This document shows, piece after piece, positions 37,207 to 47,889 of a stretch of DNA of 64,000 nt. This stretch comes from Candidatus Kerfeldbacteria bacterium (lineage in GTDB: Bacteria > Patescibacteriota > Patescibacteriia > SBBC01 > CAIJZX01). Below the pieces are notes generated by a model. It was not told where the DNA came from and did no database searches. It saw only the letters and a list, made by a program, of their open reading frames with translations. The number at the start of each line of letters is the position of its first letter. The first letter of the stretch is position 1. Made by a program: the position numbers and the translations under genes. The stretch spans positions 756,257-820,256 of the forward strand of contig CAVSWO010000002.1 in the NCBI GenBank assembly GCA_963731735.1, read 5' to 3'.

Positions 37207-38798
37207 ATCAAACGCCCAAGCGACAACCGGCGGTGTTACTGATCCTCGACGGATTTGGCGTGGCGCCGCCTTCGCGCGGGAATGCGATTGCCCTGTCGAA
37301 GACGCCGAACTTGGACGGCTTTATGGAAAGCTACCCGACGGTCACGCTCCAGGCCTCCGGCGAGGCGGTTGGCTTGCCCTGGGGCGATATGGGGAATTCG
37401 GAAGTCGGGCACGTAACCCTGGGTTCCGGCAAAGTCTTGTACCAGGATTTACCGCGCATAACCCGTGCGATTGTTGATAAATCTTTTTTTACGAACCCGG
37501 CGTTCTTGGAAGCGATCGACGCGGTAAAAAAGCATCGCAGCACAATGCATCTAATCGGCATGTTCAGTTCGGCCGGTGTCCACAGTTTTGACGAACACGC
37601 CTATGCGCTGCTGGAGCTTTGCCAGCAGAAAAAAGTCTCTCGGGTCTGCGTGCACGTCATATTGGACGGCCGGGACAGTCCCTATAATAGCGGGTTGGAA
37701 TTCGTGAAAAAACTGCAGCGCAAAATGCAAACTATCGGCCTGGGCCAGATCGCCACTATTTCGGGCCGCTACTACGCCATGGACCGCGATAATCGCTGGG
37801 ATCGGACCGGCTTGGCCTACGCGGCGATGGTCGAGGGACAGGGCCCGACCAATGATGATCCGGTAGCGGCAATCACCGCTTCGTACAAAGCGGGCGTCTA
37901 CGACGAACAATTCGAGCCAACCGTCATCACCCAAAACGGCCAGCCGGTAACGACGGTCGGGGACCAGGACGCGGTCATATTTTTTAATTATCGCTCCGAC
38001 CGCGCTCGACAGTTAACCAAGGCCTTTGTCCTGCCGGGATTTGAAAAATTCCCGCGCCCAAACTACCTGAAGGATTTGGTCTTTGTGACCATGACGGAAT
38101 ATGAAAAACACTTGCCGGTCAGCGTCGCCTTTCCGCCGGAGACGGTGACCGAACCGCTGGCCAAGGTCATCAGCGATGCCGGCTTGCACCAACTCCATAT
38201 TGCGGAAACCGAAAAGTACGCGCACGTCACCTTCTTTTTTAACGGCGGGATTGAGCAACCGTTTCCGAATGAAGAGCGGATATTAATTCCCTCGCCCTCA
38301 GTCACGTCCTACGATCAGAAACCCGACATGAGCGCCCGAGTAATTACCGAGCGACTGCTGGAACAGCTCAACACTGGGAAGTTCGGATTTCTGGTTATCA
38401 ACTTTGCCAATCCCGATATGATCGGTCATACTGGAAATATTCCGGCCACCGTCAAAGCGATTGAAACGGTAGACTGGTGCCTGGGTGAAATTGTGGAAGC
38501 CGTTTTATCGATCAATGGCTTCGTGATGATCACGGCTGATCACGGCAACGCCGAAACGAAAATTGACAGTCAGACCGGCGCGGTCAATAAAGAACACTCG
38601 GCCAATCCGGTCCCGCTGGTCACCATTGCCAACGATTTACCACCCGACCTGGTGGCCCAATACCATGCGCCGATGCGCGACCTCTCCGGCCAGACCCCGG
38701 TCGGCGTACTGGCCGACGTGGCCCCGACCCTGCTGCAGATGATGGGCCTGCCGATTCCGCCCAGCATGACCGGGCGTCCAATCTTCCCAAATCTATGA
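37203..38798 (+). CDS. gpmI: 2,3-bisphosphoglycerate-independent phosphoglycerate mutase, copy 2 (tandem paralog)
   Basis: LLILDGFGVAP, SEVGHVTLGSGK and TADHGN motifs. Confidence 0.9.
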   Translation: MNQTPKRQPAVLLILDGFGVAPPSRGNAIALSKTPNLDGFMESYPTVTLQASGEAVGLPWGDMGNSEVGHVTLGSGKVLYQDLPRITRAIVDKSFFTNPAFLEAIDAVKKHRSTMHLIGMFSSAGVHSFDEHAYALLELCQQKKVSRVCVHVILDGRDSPYNSGLEFVKKLQRKMQTIGLGQIATISGRYYAMDRDNRWDRTGLAYAAMVEGQGPTNDDPVAAITASYKAGVYDEQFEPTVITQNGQPVTTVGDQDAVIFFNYRSDRARQLTKAFVLPGFEKFPRPNYLKDLVFVTMTEYEKHLPVSVAFPPETVTEPLAKVISDAGLHQLHIAETEKYAHVTFFFNGGIEQPFPNEERILIPSPSVTSYDQKPDMSARVITERLLEQLNTGKFGFLVINFANPDMIGHTGNIPATVKAIETVDWCLGEIVEAVLSINGFVMITADHGNAETKIDSQTGAVNKEHSANPVPLVTIANDLPPDLVAQYHAPMRDLSGQTPVGVLADVAPTLLQMMGLPIPPSMTGRPIFPNL

Positions 38799-39358
38799 TC
38801 CAAATTCCGATTGAATTTTCAGCGCGGCACGCGCATCTCAATCAAGCCGACTGGCAAGCCTTGTTTGGCGCGGCGCCGATGACCAAGGGTCGGGAGATTT
38901 CCCAACCGCCGCAATTTGTGGCGGCCGAGCGGATTGATCTGGCCGGACCGAAAGGACAATTGCAACGAGTCGGGATTGTCGGGCCGGTGCGACCGTATAC
39001 GCAGGTTGAACTCTCAACGACTGACGCCCGCCAGCTGGGCCTCCAACCGCCCATCGCGCCGTCCGGTCATTTGGACCAGGCGGCCACCGTGACCATGATC
39101 GGTCCGGCCGGAAAAATTGAACGGGCGGCCGCGATTTTACAGCAACGCCACATTCACGCTTCGCCCGAGGCGGCGGCTCGGGCCGGCCTGACCGACGGTC
39201 AGGAAGTTTCAGTTGAAGTAGCCGGGTTGCGGGGCGGCGTATTTGATCATGTCTTGGTCCGAGTTGATCCAAGCTTTACCTGGACGATGCATATTGATAC
39301 TGATGAAGCCAACGCCTTCGGGCTAACCACCAACGCACATGGCACCATCCACCCGTAA
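38795..39358 (+). CDS. PduL-type phosphate acyltransferase (phosphotransacetylase/propanoyltransferase)
   Basis: SARHAHLN, ..RHIHASPE.. and the second-repeat HIDTDEANAFG motifs. Confidence 0.65.
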   Translation: MIQIPIEFSARHAHLNQADWQALFGAAPMTKGREISQPPQFVAAERIDLAGPKGQLQRVGIVGPVRPYTQVELSTTDARQLGLQPPIAPSGHLDQAATVTMIGPAGKIERAAAILQQRHIHASPEAAARAGLTDGQEVSVEVAGLRGGVFDHVLVRVDPSFTWTMHIDTDEANAFGLTTNAHGTIHP

Positions 39359-40436
39359 CCAGTCGTCACTCCTGGTCCTGAACGCCGGTTCATCATCGCT
39401 CAAATACGCGGTGCTGGTACCGGGTCGAGTGATCGCTCGGGGCGAGATTCAACAGGTTGGCCAACGCGTGACCTTGGCCCAAGCGATTGGGAAAGTTCGG
39501 ACGACGGTTGCGGCCCGCCAGCTCGAACCGCGGGCGGTGGCACACCGGATCGTCCATGGCGGACGAACTTTTGTCAAACCCACCAAGCTGACCGCAGCGG
39601 TTCGCAAAAAACTTACCGAGCTGATTCCGTTAGCACCGTTGCATATGCCGGCTAATCTGGCCGGCCTGGCCAAAGCTCGTCGGGCTTGGCCGCGGGCGGA
39701 GCAGTGGGGCGTGTTTGATACGGCCGCCTTTCACCAGCTGCCGGACGCAGCCCGCTATTATTCCATCCCGAAACAACTGGCCGATACCCACGGAATTTAT
39801 AAATACGGATTTCATGGCATTTCCCACGCCGATGTATTTCATCGGGCGGCCAAGCGACTCGGGAGTGCGACTGCCAAACTGTCCGGGGTGACGATTCACC
39901 TCGGGTCAGGGGATAGCGTTACCGCCTGGCGGCGGGGCCGGCCGATTGATACCAGCATGGGCTTCACGCCGCTCGAAGGTTTAACCATGGCCACCCGCTC
40001 CGGTGACCTCGATCCGATGATCCCGTTATATCTGCAATCGCAGCTTGGCTGGTCGGTTCGGCAAGTCAGCGACTTACTCCAGCAACGTTCCGGCCTGTTC
40101 GGTTTAACCGGTTTGCGGGACATTCGTGATGTGCTGGGTGCGGGCGGTCATCCGGTACCGGGCTGGCCCCGCCGCCGTTGGACGGCCGGGCAACGACGGC
40201 ACGCGCGGCTGGCGTTGGCGATGTTTATCTATGATATCCAACGCTACTTGGCCAGTTACCTGGGTCTCTTGCCCCAGCCGAAGGTGATCGTCTTTACCGG
40301 CGCGGTTGGCCAGAATGCCTGGGTTCGGAGTAGCGTCCTGGGCGGAGTTCGCCGGCCTCCCGGGATAAGAATTTTGACCCTGCCGACGGATGAAGAACAC
40401 GCGATTGCTGAGCAGGTTTGGCCCATGCTACACTGA
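39339..40436 (+). CDS. ackA: acetate/propionate kinase
   Basis: LVLNAGSSSLKYAV, GFHGISHA and HLGSGDS motifs. Confidence 0.85.
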   Translation: MAPSTRNQSSLLVLNAGSSSLKYAVLVPGRVIARGEIQQVGQRVTLAQAIGKVRTTVAARQLEPRAVAHRIVHGGRTFVKPTKLTAAVRKKLTELIPLAPLHMPANLAGLAKARRAWPRAEQWGVFDTAAFHQLPDAARYYSIPKQLADTHGIYKYGFHGISHADVFHRAAKRLGSATAKLSGVTIHLGSGDSVTAWRRGRPIDTSMGFTPLEGLTMATRSGDLDPMIPLYLQSQLGWSVRQVSDLLQQRSGLFGLTGLRDIRDVLGAGGHPVPGWPRRRWTAGQRRHARLALAMFIYDIQRYLASYLGLLPQPKVIVFTGAVGQNAWVRSSVLGGVRRPPGIRILTLPTDEEHAIAEQVWPMLH

Positions 40437-42208
40437 TGACACCGATGGAGCGACAAACAAACGTTTTTAGCGTAAAAATTGGCGGTGAAGCCGGTTTCGG
40501 CATTATGTCGAGCGGTGAAATATTTTCGAAAACCTGCGTTCGGGCCGGTCTGCATGCATTTGATTATTCGGAATACCCCTCGCTCATCCGCGGCAGCCAT
40601 AATACCTACCAGGTAATGGTCGCCGATCATCCGGTGACTGCTTGGCGGTCGGCCGTCAATATTTTAGTAGCCCTGAATCAGGAAACCGTTGAAAAACATA
40701 TCCATGAAGTGACGCATGGCGGGGCGATCATTTATGATAGCCATGGCTACACCTTTCGTGATTTCGATCAACACCGCTTCAAGCGCGATGATATTGTCTG
40801 GTTCGGAGTGCCGCTTGGCGATCTGGCCAAGCAGCACGGCGGCCAGCTGTTCATGCGGAACACCGTCGCCTTGGGAGCGATTTTTGCGCTCTTGAGCGTC
40901 GAGGTCAAGGTGCCGCTCGGCGTGATCCGCGACGTTTTCGGCGATAAGGATGCCAGCGTGGTTGAAACCAACAGCGCCTTGCTGGAAGCCGGCTATGCGT
41001 CGATTCCGCCGGCGGCCAGCCGGACCTTCCCCTGGGACCTGGAACCGCTGGCGCAGCCGGAACAAAAAATCTTCGTGACCGGCAATGAAGCGATCGGGTT
41101 AGGCGCGATTCAGGGTGGCTGCAAATTTTACGCGGCGTATCCGATGACCCCTTCGTCGACTATATTGGGTTTTCTAGCCAAACATGGTCCGGAGTACGGG
41201 ATGCTGGTCCGGCATGCCGAAGATGAAATCGGGGTCATCAATGAAACGATCGGCGCCGCGCATGCGGGCGTGCGCGCCATGTGCGGCACCTCGGGCGGCG
41301 GCTTCGCCCTGATGACCGAAGCCGTCGGTCTGGCCGGCATGACGGAAGTCGGCTGTGTGATCGTCGAAGCTCAACGGGGTGGTCCATCTACCGGACTCCC
41401 GACCTGGACCGAGCAAGGGGATTTGCGGCAAGTCCTGCACGCTTCCCAGGGAGATTTTTTGAAAGTCGTACTGGCGCCGGGTGACGTTGCAGAATGTTTC
41501 AGCTTGACCCAGCGGGCCCTGAACATTGCCGAAGAATTTCAAACGCCGGTGATCGTGCTGACCGATAAGTACTTAGCCGAAAGCCGAGCCAGCGCCAAGC
41601 CATTCGCGGCCAACCTGCCAATCCGGCGCGGAAAAATTATGGTGGCAGCCGATCTGCCGGCCGATGATTCCTATCGGCGCTATGATCCAACCCCGACCGA
41701 TGGTGTTTCCCCGCGCAGCCTGCCGGGCACGCCACACGGATTATTTTTGGCCAATTCTGATGAGCATACTGACTACGGTTTTTCGGCGGAAGATGTCGAC
41801 AATCGGATGGCCCAGGTTGAGAAGCGGGCCCGCAAGGCCGAGGCCGTCCTGCACGCCTTGCCCGAACCGGAACTTGCAGGTCCGGCCGATGCCGACTTGA
41901 CCGTGATTAGCTGGGGCTCGACCAAAGGCGTGGTCCAGGCGGCCCAGAAAATTTTGCGTGAAACTACCCATCAAAAAGTTAATCATTTGCATCTCTGGAT
42001 GTTGAGCCCGTTTCCGACTGAGGCCGTTCGCCGCCATCTCCAAGCCGCGACCCGAACGGTCGTGGTGGAAGGAAATCAGTCCGGCCAGCTGGAAGGATTA
42101 CTCCGGCAGCAGACCGGCCACCAAGTTGATCATCACCTTCGTCAATACGACGGCCGGCCGTTTGAACCGGTGGCGCTGGCTAAACAATTTGCCGATTTAC
42201 TCTCATGA
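40418..42208 (+). CDS. 2-oxoacid:ferredoxin oxidoreductase, fused gamma-alpha subunit
   Basis: N-terminal IGGEAGFGIMSSGE (gamma domain) followed by an alpha domain. Confidence 0.8.
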   Translation: MAHATLMTPMERQTNVFSVKIGGEAGFGIMSSGEIFSKTCVRAGLHAFDYSEYPSLIRGSHNTYQVMVADHPVTAWRSAVNILVALNQETVEKHIHEVTHGGAIIYDSHGYTFRDFDQHRFKRDDIVWFGVPLGDLAKQHGGQLFMRNTVALGAIFALLSVEVKVPLGVIRDVFGDKDASVVETNSALLEAGYASIPPAASRTFPWDLEPLAQPEQKIFVTGNEAIGLGAIQGGCKFYAAYPMTPSSTILGFLAKHGPEYGMLVRHAEDEIGVINETIGAAHAGVRAMCGTSGGGFALMTEAVGLAGMTEVGCVIVEAQRGGPSTGLPTWTEQGDLRQVLHASQGDFLKVVLAPGDVAECFSLTQRALNIAEEFQTPVIVLTDKYLAESRASAKPFAANLPIRRGKIMVAADLPADDSYRRYDPTPTDGVSPRSLPGTPHGLFLANSDEHTDYGFSAEDVDNRMAQVEKRARKAEAVLHALPEPELAGPADADLTVISWGSTKGVVQAAQKILRETTHQKVNHLHLWMLSPFPTEAVRRHLQAATRTVVVEGNQSGQLEGLLRQQTGHQVDHHLRQYDGRPFEPVALAKQFADLLS

Positions 42209-43065
42209 GCCTCCACGAACCCCATCGCTTTGAAACCGGACAAACGCCGACCTGGTGCCCCGGCTGCGGAAATTTCGCGCTCTGGACTTCACTCAATCAC
42301 GTCTTTGCCCGCCGCCAGCTGAAGCCGCACCAAGTCGCGGTGGTCTTCGACATCGGCTGTTCGAGCAACGGTTCGAATTGGATTAAAGCCTACACCTTCC
42401 ATGGCCTACATGGTCGGTCAGTACCGGTTGGCGTTGGCATGGCGTTGGCTAATCAGGATTTGACGACCGTGGTGGTTAGCGGCGACGGAGCGGCTTATGG
42501 CGAAGGTTTCAATCACCTGGTTCACGCCATGCGCGCTAATCCGAATTTAACCGTCATCGTTGAAGATAACCAGTTGTATGCCCTAACCAAAGGCCAAGTT
42601 TCGCCAACTTCGGCTCAGGGAACGAAATCGAGTTCGACCCCCTACGGTTCGCCGGATGAACCGTTGAACCCGATGGCCCTGGCGGTCAGCGCCAATTGCA
42701 GCTTCGTCGGGCGGGGCTTCGCCGGTGATTTACCACATCTGGAAAACTTGTTGGAGCAGGCCATCGCCCACCCGGGATTTTCCTTGGTTGATATTTTTCA
42801 ACCTTGCGTGACGTTTAATCACGTCAATACTTACGCCTGGTTTTACGAGCACGTTCGGAAGCTTGAAACGCTCAAGCATGACCCGCGGGATCGGGCCAAG
42901 GCTTGGACGCAGGCTATGCAGCTGGAAGAATATTTACCGATCGGTGTGCTCTATCAGAACGACCGGCCGACACTTCAAGATAAATTTCCGCAACTCGCTA
43001 AGGGTGCGTTGACCGAGGCAGACTTGCGGGTTGACCTCACGAAACTCTACCACCAGCTGTCATGA
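42205..43065 (+). CDS. 2-oxoacid:ferredoxin oxidoreductase beta subunit (TPP-binding)
   Basis: TWCPGCGNFA, DIGCSS and GDGAAYGEG motifs. Confidence 0.85.
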   Translation: MSLHEPHRFETGQTPTWCPGCGNFALWTSLNHVFARRQLKPHQVAVVFDIGCSSNGSNWIKAYTFHGLHGRSVPVGVGMALANQDLTTVVVSGDGAAYGEGFNHLVHAMRANPNLTVIVEDNQLYALTKGQVSPTSAQGTKSSSTPYGSPDEPLNPMALAVSANCSFVGRGFAGDLPHLENLLEQAIAHPGFSLVDIFQPCVTFNHVNTYAWFYEHVRKLETLKHDPRDRAKAWTQAMQLEEYLPIGVLYQNDRPTLQDKFPQLAKGALTEADLRVDLTKLYHQLS

Positions 43066-44774
43066 GTCGATACCATTGGCAACTTCCATCGGAGGATACT
43101 TCGGAGGTTGATTGGCCGTCCGAGGTGACACCCTTGGTGGCCAAAGTCTTACATCGCCGCGGGGTGACCGATCCGGCGGCGGTCGCGAATTGGCTGGAAC
43201 CTTCATATGATCAGCATATCCACGATCCCATGCTGTATCTCCAAATGGACCGGGCGGTCGAACGACTGATCCGGGCAATTCGCGAGCAGCAGCCGATTAC
43301 CATTTACGGGGATTATGACGCGGACGGAATCTGCGCGACGGCCATCATGGCCGAGACGCTTGAAGTTTTGGGTGCCAAGGTCAATTGGTATATTCCGGAA
43401 CGGTTAGCCGAAGGCTACGGATTGAATGCCGACGCGGTTGAACGTATCGCCAAGCAGGGGACGCAGCTCCTGATCACGGTTGATTGTGGCACCAGTAATG
43501 TCGGAGAAATCGCCCAGGCCAAATCCGAAGGCATGGACGTCATCGTGCTTGACCATCACCAGGCGCCGCCGGTGCTGCCCGAAGCGGTGGCCATCATCAA
43601 CCCATTTTTACCCGGGCAAACCTTTCCGTTCCAAGGCCATTCGTCCGGCGGCGTCGCGTTTACGGTCGCCCGGGCCTTGTTGCAAGCCAGCCGCTCCGGC
43701 CAGGTGGTCAATCGGCCGGTCAAACCCGGTTGGGAAAAATGGTTACTCGATATCGTGGCGATTTCAACCGTGGCCGATATGATGCCGCTGCAGGGTGAAA
43801 ATCGAATTTTTGTGACCTTCGGGTTGCGGGTTCTCCGCCAGACCCGACGTCTCGGACTCCAGGCTTTGTTCGCCGTGATTGGCGCCGAAGCGTCGCATGC
43901 CACCGAAACGACTATTGGGTTTCAAATTACGCCGCGTTTGAATGCGGCCGGTCGGCTGCAGCATGCCGGGACGGCCCTGCGGTTATTATTGGCCAAAGAT
44001 CAGGAGACGGCCACCCAATTAGCGGCGGAATTACAATCCATCAATACCGAGCGGCAACGTTTGACGGAAATGGCGGTTGAAGAAGCGATGGGTCAGGTCC
44101 AAAATCAAGGCCAGCAGGCAGCCTACGCGGTTTTCGCGCCGCACTGGTCGCCGGGTATCGTCGGGCTGATTGCCGGACGGATCGCCGACCGGGTCTGGCG
44201 ACCGGTTCTGGTCATGACGCAAAACGGCGATCACATTGTGGGATCGGGCCGGTCGATACCCGGTTTCGATATCACCAAGCACTTACGGACCGGTTCGGAA
44301 TATTTATTGCGATTCGGCGGCCATGCTGGAGCCTGCGGGTTTACCCTGACTACCGCCGACCAACGCCAAGCCTTCATCGGCTGGTGGCAAACGTCGGTCG
44401 GGCAGGCAACGACCGCTGCCCCGGACCAACCGCCCCTGCAGATCGACGCCGAAACCACCCTGCAGGAAATTACGCCGGAAACCTTGGATCAACTTGAGCG
44501 TCTGGCGCCGTTCGGCGTGGCGAATGATCGCCCGCGTTTTTTACTCCGGAAGATTGCGGTCCAGCAGGTGAAAATGGTCGGTCAATCGAAGCAGCACGTC
44601 CGGCTCCAGGGCCTCCAGCAGTCGGCGGCCGGAACGTTTATCGGCTTTCGCTTGGCCGAACGAGCGGATGAATTAGCCGCCGCGGTTGACCTGGTCATTG
44701 AAGCCAGCTGGAATGCCTGGAACGGCCGCCGCGAGCCACAACTGAAAATTATTGATTTTCAACCAACCGCATGA
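43062..44774 (+). CDS. recJ: single-stranded-DNA-specific exonuclease RecJ
   Basis: IYGDYDADGICATAIM, LDHHQAP (DHH) and DHH-associated motifs. Confidence 0.85.
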   Translation: MSRYHWQLPSEDTSEVDWPSEVTPLVAKVLHRRGVTDPAAVANWLEPSYDQHIHDPMLYLQMDRAVERLIRAIREQQPITIYGDYDADGICATAIMAETLEVLGAKVNWYIPERLAEGYGLNADAVERIAKQGTQLLITVDCGTSNVGEIAQAKSEGMDVIVLDHHQAPPVLPEAVAIINPFLPGQTFPFQGHSSGGVAFTVARALLQASRSGQVVNRPVKPGWEKWLLDIVAISTVADMMPLQGENRIFVTFGLRVLRQTRRLGLQALFAVIGAEASHATETTIGFQITPRLNAAGRLQHAGTALRLLLAKDQETATQLAAELQSINTERQRLTEMAVEEAMGQVQNQGQQAAYAVFAPHWSPGIVGLIAGRIADRVWRPVLVMTQNGDHIVGSGRSIPGFDITKHLRTGSEYLLRFGGHAGACGFTLTTADQRQAFIGWWQTSVGQATTAAPDQPPLQIDAETTLQEITPETLDQLERLAPFGVANDRPRFLLRKIAVQQVKMVGQSKQHVRLQGLQQSAAGTFIGFRLAERADELAAAVDLVIEASWNAWNGRREPQLKIIDFQPTA

Positions 44775-45184
44775 CTGCTGGACTCCGACTAACTATTCAT
44801 ACCGATGGCGGCGCCCGTGGTAATCCCGGCCCGGCCGCGATCGGGGTGGTGATTGCAAGTGACGGCCAGGTTCTGAAAAAACTCAGCCGCACGATCGGCG
44901 CTACCACCAACAATCAGGCCGAGTATCAGGCAGTCCACGCGGCCTTGACTGAAGCGCTGGCCCTGGGCGCGACGCAGGTCGAGCTGTTTGCCGACAGTGA
45001 ACTGATCGTCAAGCAAATCCGCGGGGAATATAAAATCAAGAATCCCGAGCTCGGACCCTGGGTAATCAAAATCCATTCCTTAGTCAATCAGATCGGTCAG
45101 GTCACCTTCACCGCCATCCGGCGTGAACAAAACCAACTGGCTGACGCCTTAGTCAACCAGGCCCTGGATCAGGCAGCCACATGA
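44771..45184 (+). CDS. rnhA: ribonuclease HI
   Basis: HTDGGARGNPGPAAIGVVI..NNQAEYQAVHAAL..FADSELIV. Confidence 0.8.
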   Translation: MTAGLRLTIHTDGGARGNPGPAAIGVVIASDGQVLKKLSRTIGATTNNQAEYQAVHAALTEALALGATQVELFADSELIVKQIRGEYKIKNPELGPWVIKIHSLVNQIGQVTFTAIRREQNQLADALVNQALDQAAT

Positions 45185-46183
45185 AAGAAACGGAGTTTCA
45201 GGCCTGGGCTGAGCAACTTGCTAGACAACACCGTTTTACGCTCGGGCGTGAACTCTACAAAAATACCTACTATGCCACGGGCAGTTTCCGTAACCTGATT
45301 GTCGAAGCTGACTGGCGCGGGCAACCGGCCGTCCTGAAACTTTACGATGACCAGCGAGTCACCGACGAGCCCGAAGCGCTGCGACGTTTTCATCAAACCC
45401 ATCGCCAGCACGAACTCACCGCCCCGCAATATTTTGCCGGACAGTCGGTATCGGCCACCCGCGGCTGGCTGGTGATGGAACGGCTGCCGGCTGAGGCCAA
45501 GCCATTTCGGTCCCCACTGTCAGCCGGCGATCGCGACGAATTTCTCACCATCTATAAAGACTATCGATCCAGCTGGCCGACAGCACCCGATCGTCCGCTG
45601 CGATTTGGAGAGAGGCTTGACCGCCGCTGAATATCATCTCTACCGGATGCATCACTGGTTGCGACTGGCGACGATTCCGTGAACAATCTCGGCCGGATGA
45701 CCGGACAGCCACTCCTGCCGGAATCGGAAATTCTTCCACGTATCCGCCAGGTCGAAAAACGTTGTTCAAAAGTCCTGGCATGACCGCCCGATGTGGTGGT
45801 GTCACGGCCATTGTAAACCGGTTGAAATTTTCCGGACGCCATCAAAAACCTATCTGACCGACTTCGCGCATGTTGGTCTGTACCCGGAGGGTATGGAACT
45901 GGCCTTTATTATTTGGGCTGATTGGTTTATGGCCGCGCCCTGGGATATGTCTCCAGGAGATTGGCAGGCCGGGGCCGAGGAGTGGCGAGAACAGATGACG
46001 ACGCTTGCCAAGGAGCTTGGTATCCGACAGCCGGTTGAACTCCTTCGAGTCAGCCTCTGCGAACGTTTGATCGGGTCGATTTTGGCGGATGTTGTTGCTT
46101 CCGATCGTCCGAGACAAGAGGCTGAAGGACGTTTACATACATTCTTTACATACCTAGATCGACTACTGGCTGAAGAAGTCTAG
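45181..46183 (+). pseudogene. aminoglycoside-phosphotransferase-like kinase split into two ORFs
   Basis: N-lobe ORF 45181-45630 (VLKLY..GWLVMERLP). C-lobe ORF 45791-46183 (WCHGHCKPVEIF, LTDFAHVG) lies in another frame. Stop codons between the two ORFs break this frame, and HGH stands where the fold has HGD. Confidence 0.45.
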
Positions 46184-46354
46184 AATAAACTTGATTGGAA
46201 CGCGCCGGCCTCAGCGCCCACTCAGCTTTTTTTCTTTACCCGATCCTCCCGAGGGCTTGACAAAAGGGTCGAAATCGTGTAGCCTGCGTCCAACCCTACG
46301 CCGCCCTTTTCACGAATGACAATTCACTCGGCCCCTTGCCGCGGAAAGATTGTC

Positions 46355-46735
46355 ATGCACCGCTTGCTGGTGATTGAAGAGGACGACCATCTGCGTCAAA
46401 TTCTCCACCTGGCCCTGACGCATGAAGATGATTTCTGTGTCAGCTTGGCCGCTTCGGGGTATGAGGTGGTCGCTCAGGTTCTCGAAGACCAGTTCGATCT
46501 GATCCTGATGGGCGACTTGTCGCCCTATCCGGTGACCAGCCAGGACTTGGTTCGCGATTTGCGGACTACCTTCGATCTCTCGATACCAATCGTGGTGGTC
46601 AGCACCCAGTGCGACGACGACAGTATCAGCCGCTACTTGCGCTTCGGCGCTGACGCGGTTTTCAACAAACCGTTTAACCTGGGACTGCTGCTGCAAATGC
46701 TGCGCCAGCAACTCGTCCGTTCCTCCGCGGCCTAG
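46355..46735 (+). CDS. single-domain response regulator receiver
   Basis: LLVIEEDD, DLILMGD and FNKPF motifs. Confidence 0.7.
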   Translation: MHRLLVIEEDDHLRQILHLALTHEDDFCVSLAASGYEVVAQVLEDQFDLILMGDLSPYPVTSQDLVRDLRTTFDLSIPIVVVSTQCDDDSISRYLRFGADAVFNKPFNLGLLLQMLRQQLVRSSAA

Positions 46736-46861
46736 CGCCGCTCCCCACGGCCCGCATTCGATCCATTCGAAGCGGGCCTTTTTCTTTACCGGTTCAGCCA
46801 CTGAAAAAAACAGGAGCCACATGCGTGACTCCTGGAGTTTGAGAAAGAACGAGATCGATGG

Positions 46862-47692
46862 TTACGATCGGCGCCTGAGGGCGGATTCCCTGGATTTCGC
46901 CCAGCGGTCGAGCCAAACGACCCACGGCCACGGCTGCTTGATCCGGAAGACCCTGGCGGTGGCCATCCGTCCGTCCAGCAGCAGGTCGGGCGGTTGGTTG
47001 TACGTTCGGAAGACCCAGTCTGCCACCGGCAGACCCAGGAAACCCGAGATGGCTTCATTGGTGCTGATGTTGGCGTGGTGGAAATGATGGAAACCGTAAA
47101 TTTGTTTCCAGAGCGGACCCCAGCGCGGATGCTCGGTAGCGCGCTTCCACCATTCGTACGGATAGTGCTCGATCGCATGGAAGACTTCATACGCGAACAT
47201 CGACCAGGCCACCGACAGGTACCCGCCGAACACGATCGGCCAATCCGGCATCAGGAATTGGCAGCCGATTATCAGCGGTGAGAAGAAGACCCAGAATCCG
47301 ATCAGCGCGTAGACCGGGAAGGCGGCATCTTCGTACTGGTCGGCTTCGAGAATTGGATAGCGATTGAGGATAATTCGATCGGATCCGACTTCGGCCGGTC
47401 GCAGCTTGATCGGCGTCAGGGCATGGTGGTGACGGTGGCCGCGGGAAAAACGCGACAGCCAACCCGCCAGCCGCCCGTGCAGGATGTACCGGTGAAACAT
47501 CCATTCGAAGAAGCAGCTGATGAGCTGCATCCCGAGGAAGACCAATAGGATCGGCCAGCCTCCGCCATCCAATTGTCGTTTCCAGGTGGTCGGTGCGAAA
47601 TGCCAGATAGCGAGACCGAGCAGCAATACTTGGATCACGACCCGCAGGGAAAACCAACGAATCGAAAACGGACGACGGTTCATGGAGATCAC
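46862..47692 (-). CDS. fatty acid hydroxylase / sterol desaturase family membrane protein
   Basis: His boxes HRYILH, HRHHH and HHFHH. Confidence 0.7.
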   Translation of the reverse strand: MISMNRRPFSIRWFSLRVVIQVLLLGLAIWHFAPTTWKRQLDGGGWPILLVFLGMQLISCFFEWMFHRYILHGRLAGWLSRFSRGHRHHHALTPIKLRPAEVGSDRIILNRYPILEADQYEDAAFPVYALIGFWVFFSPLIIGCQFLMPDWPIVFGGYLSVAWSMFAYEVFHAIEHYPYEWWKRATEHPRWGPLWKQIYGFHHFHHANISTNEAISGFLGLPVADWVFRTYNQPPDLLLDGRMATARVFRIKQPWPWVVWLDRWAKSRESALRRRS

Positions 47693-47889
47693 CCCTTTCA
47701 GGTTGGAAAGAACCGGCGATACACGGTTGCTTCGTGCCGCCTTGCGTCGTGTTGACTATACCACTCGAAACAGGTTGGGTCGAATACTTGGCGGGTGCTG
47801 CACCGCTCGCACCCGCTTGCCAAAGCGTCTGGCCCGGCGTAGGCTGCCAGCAACGAAACCCGTTTGTTCCTCACAATCCGGAGGTCCCG

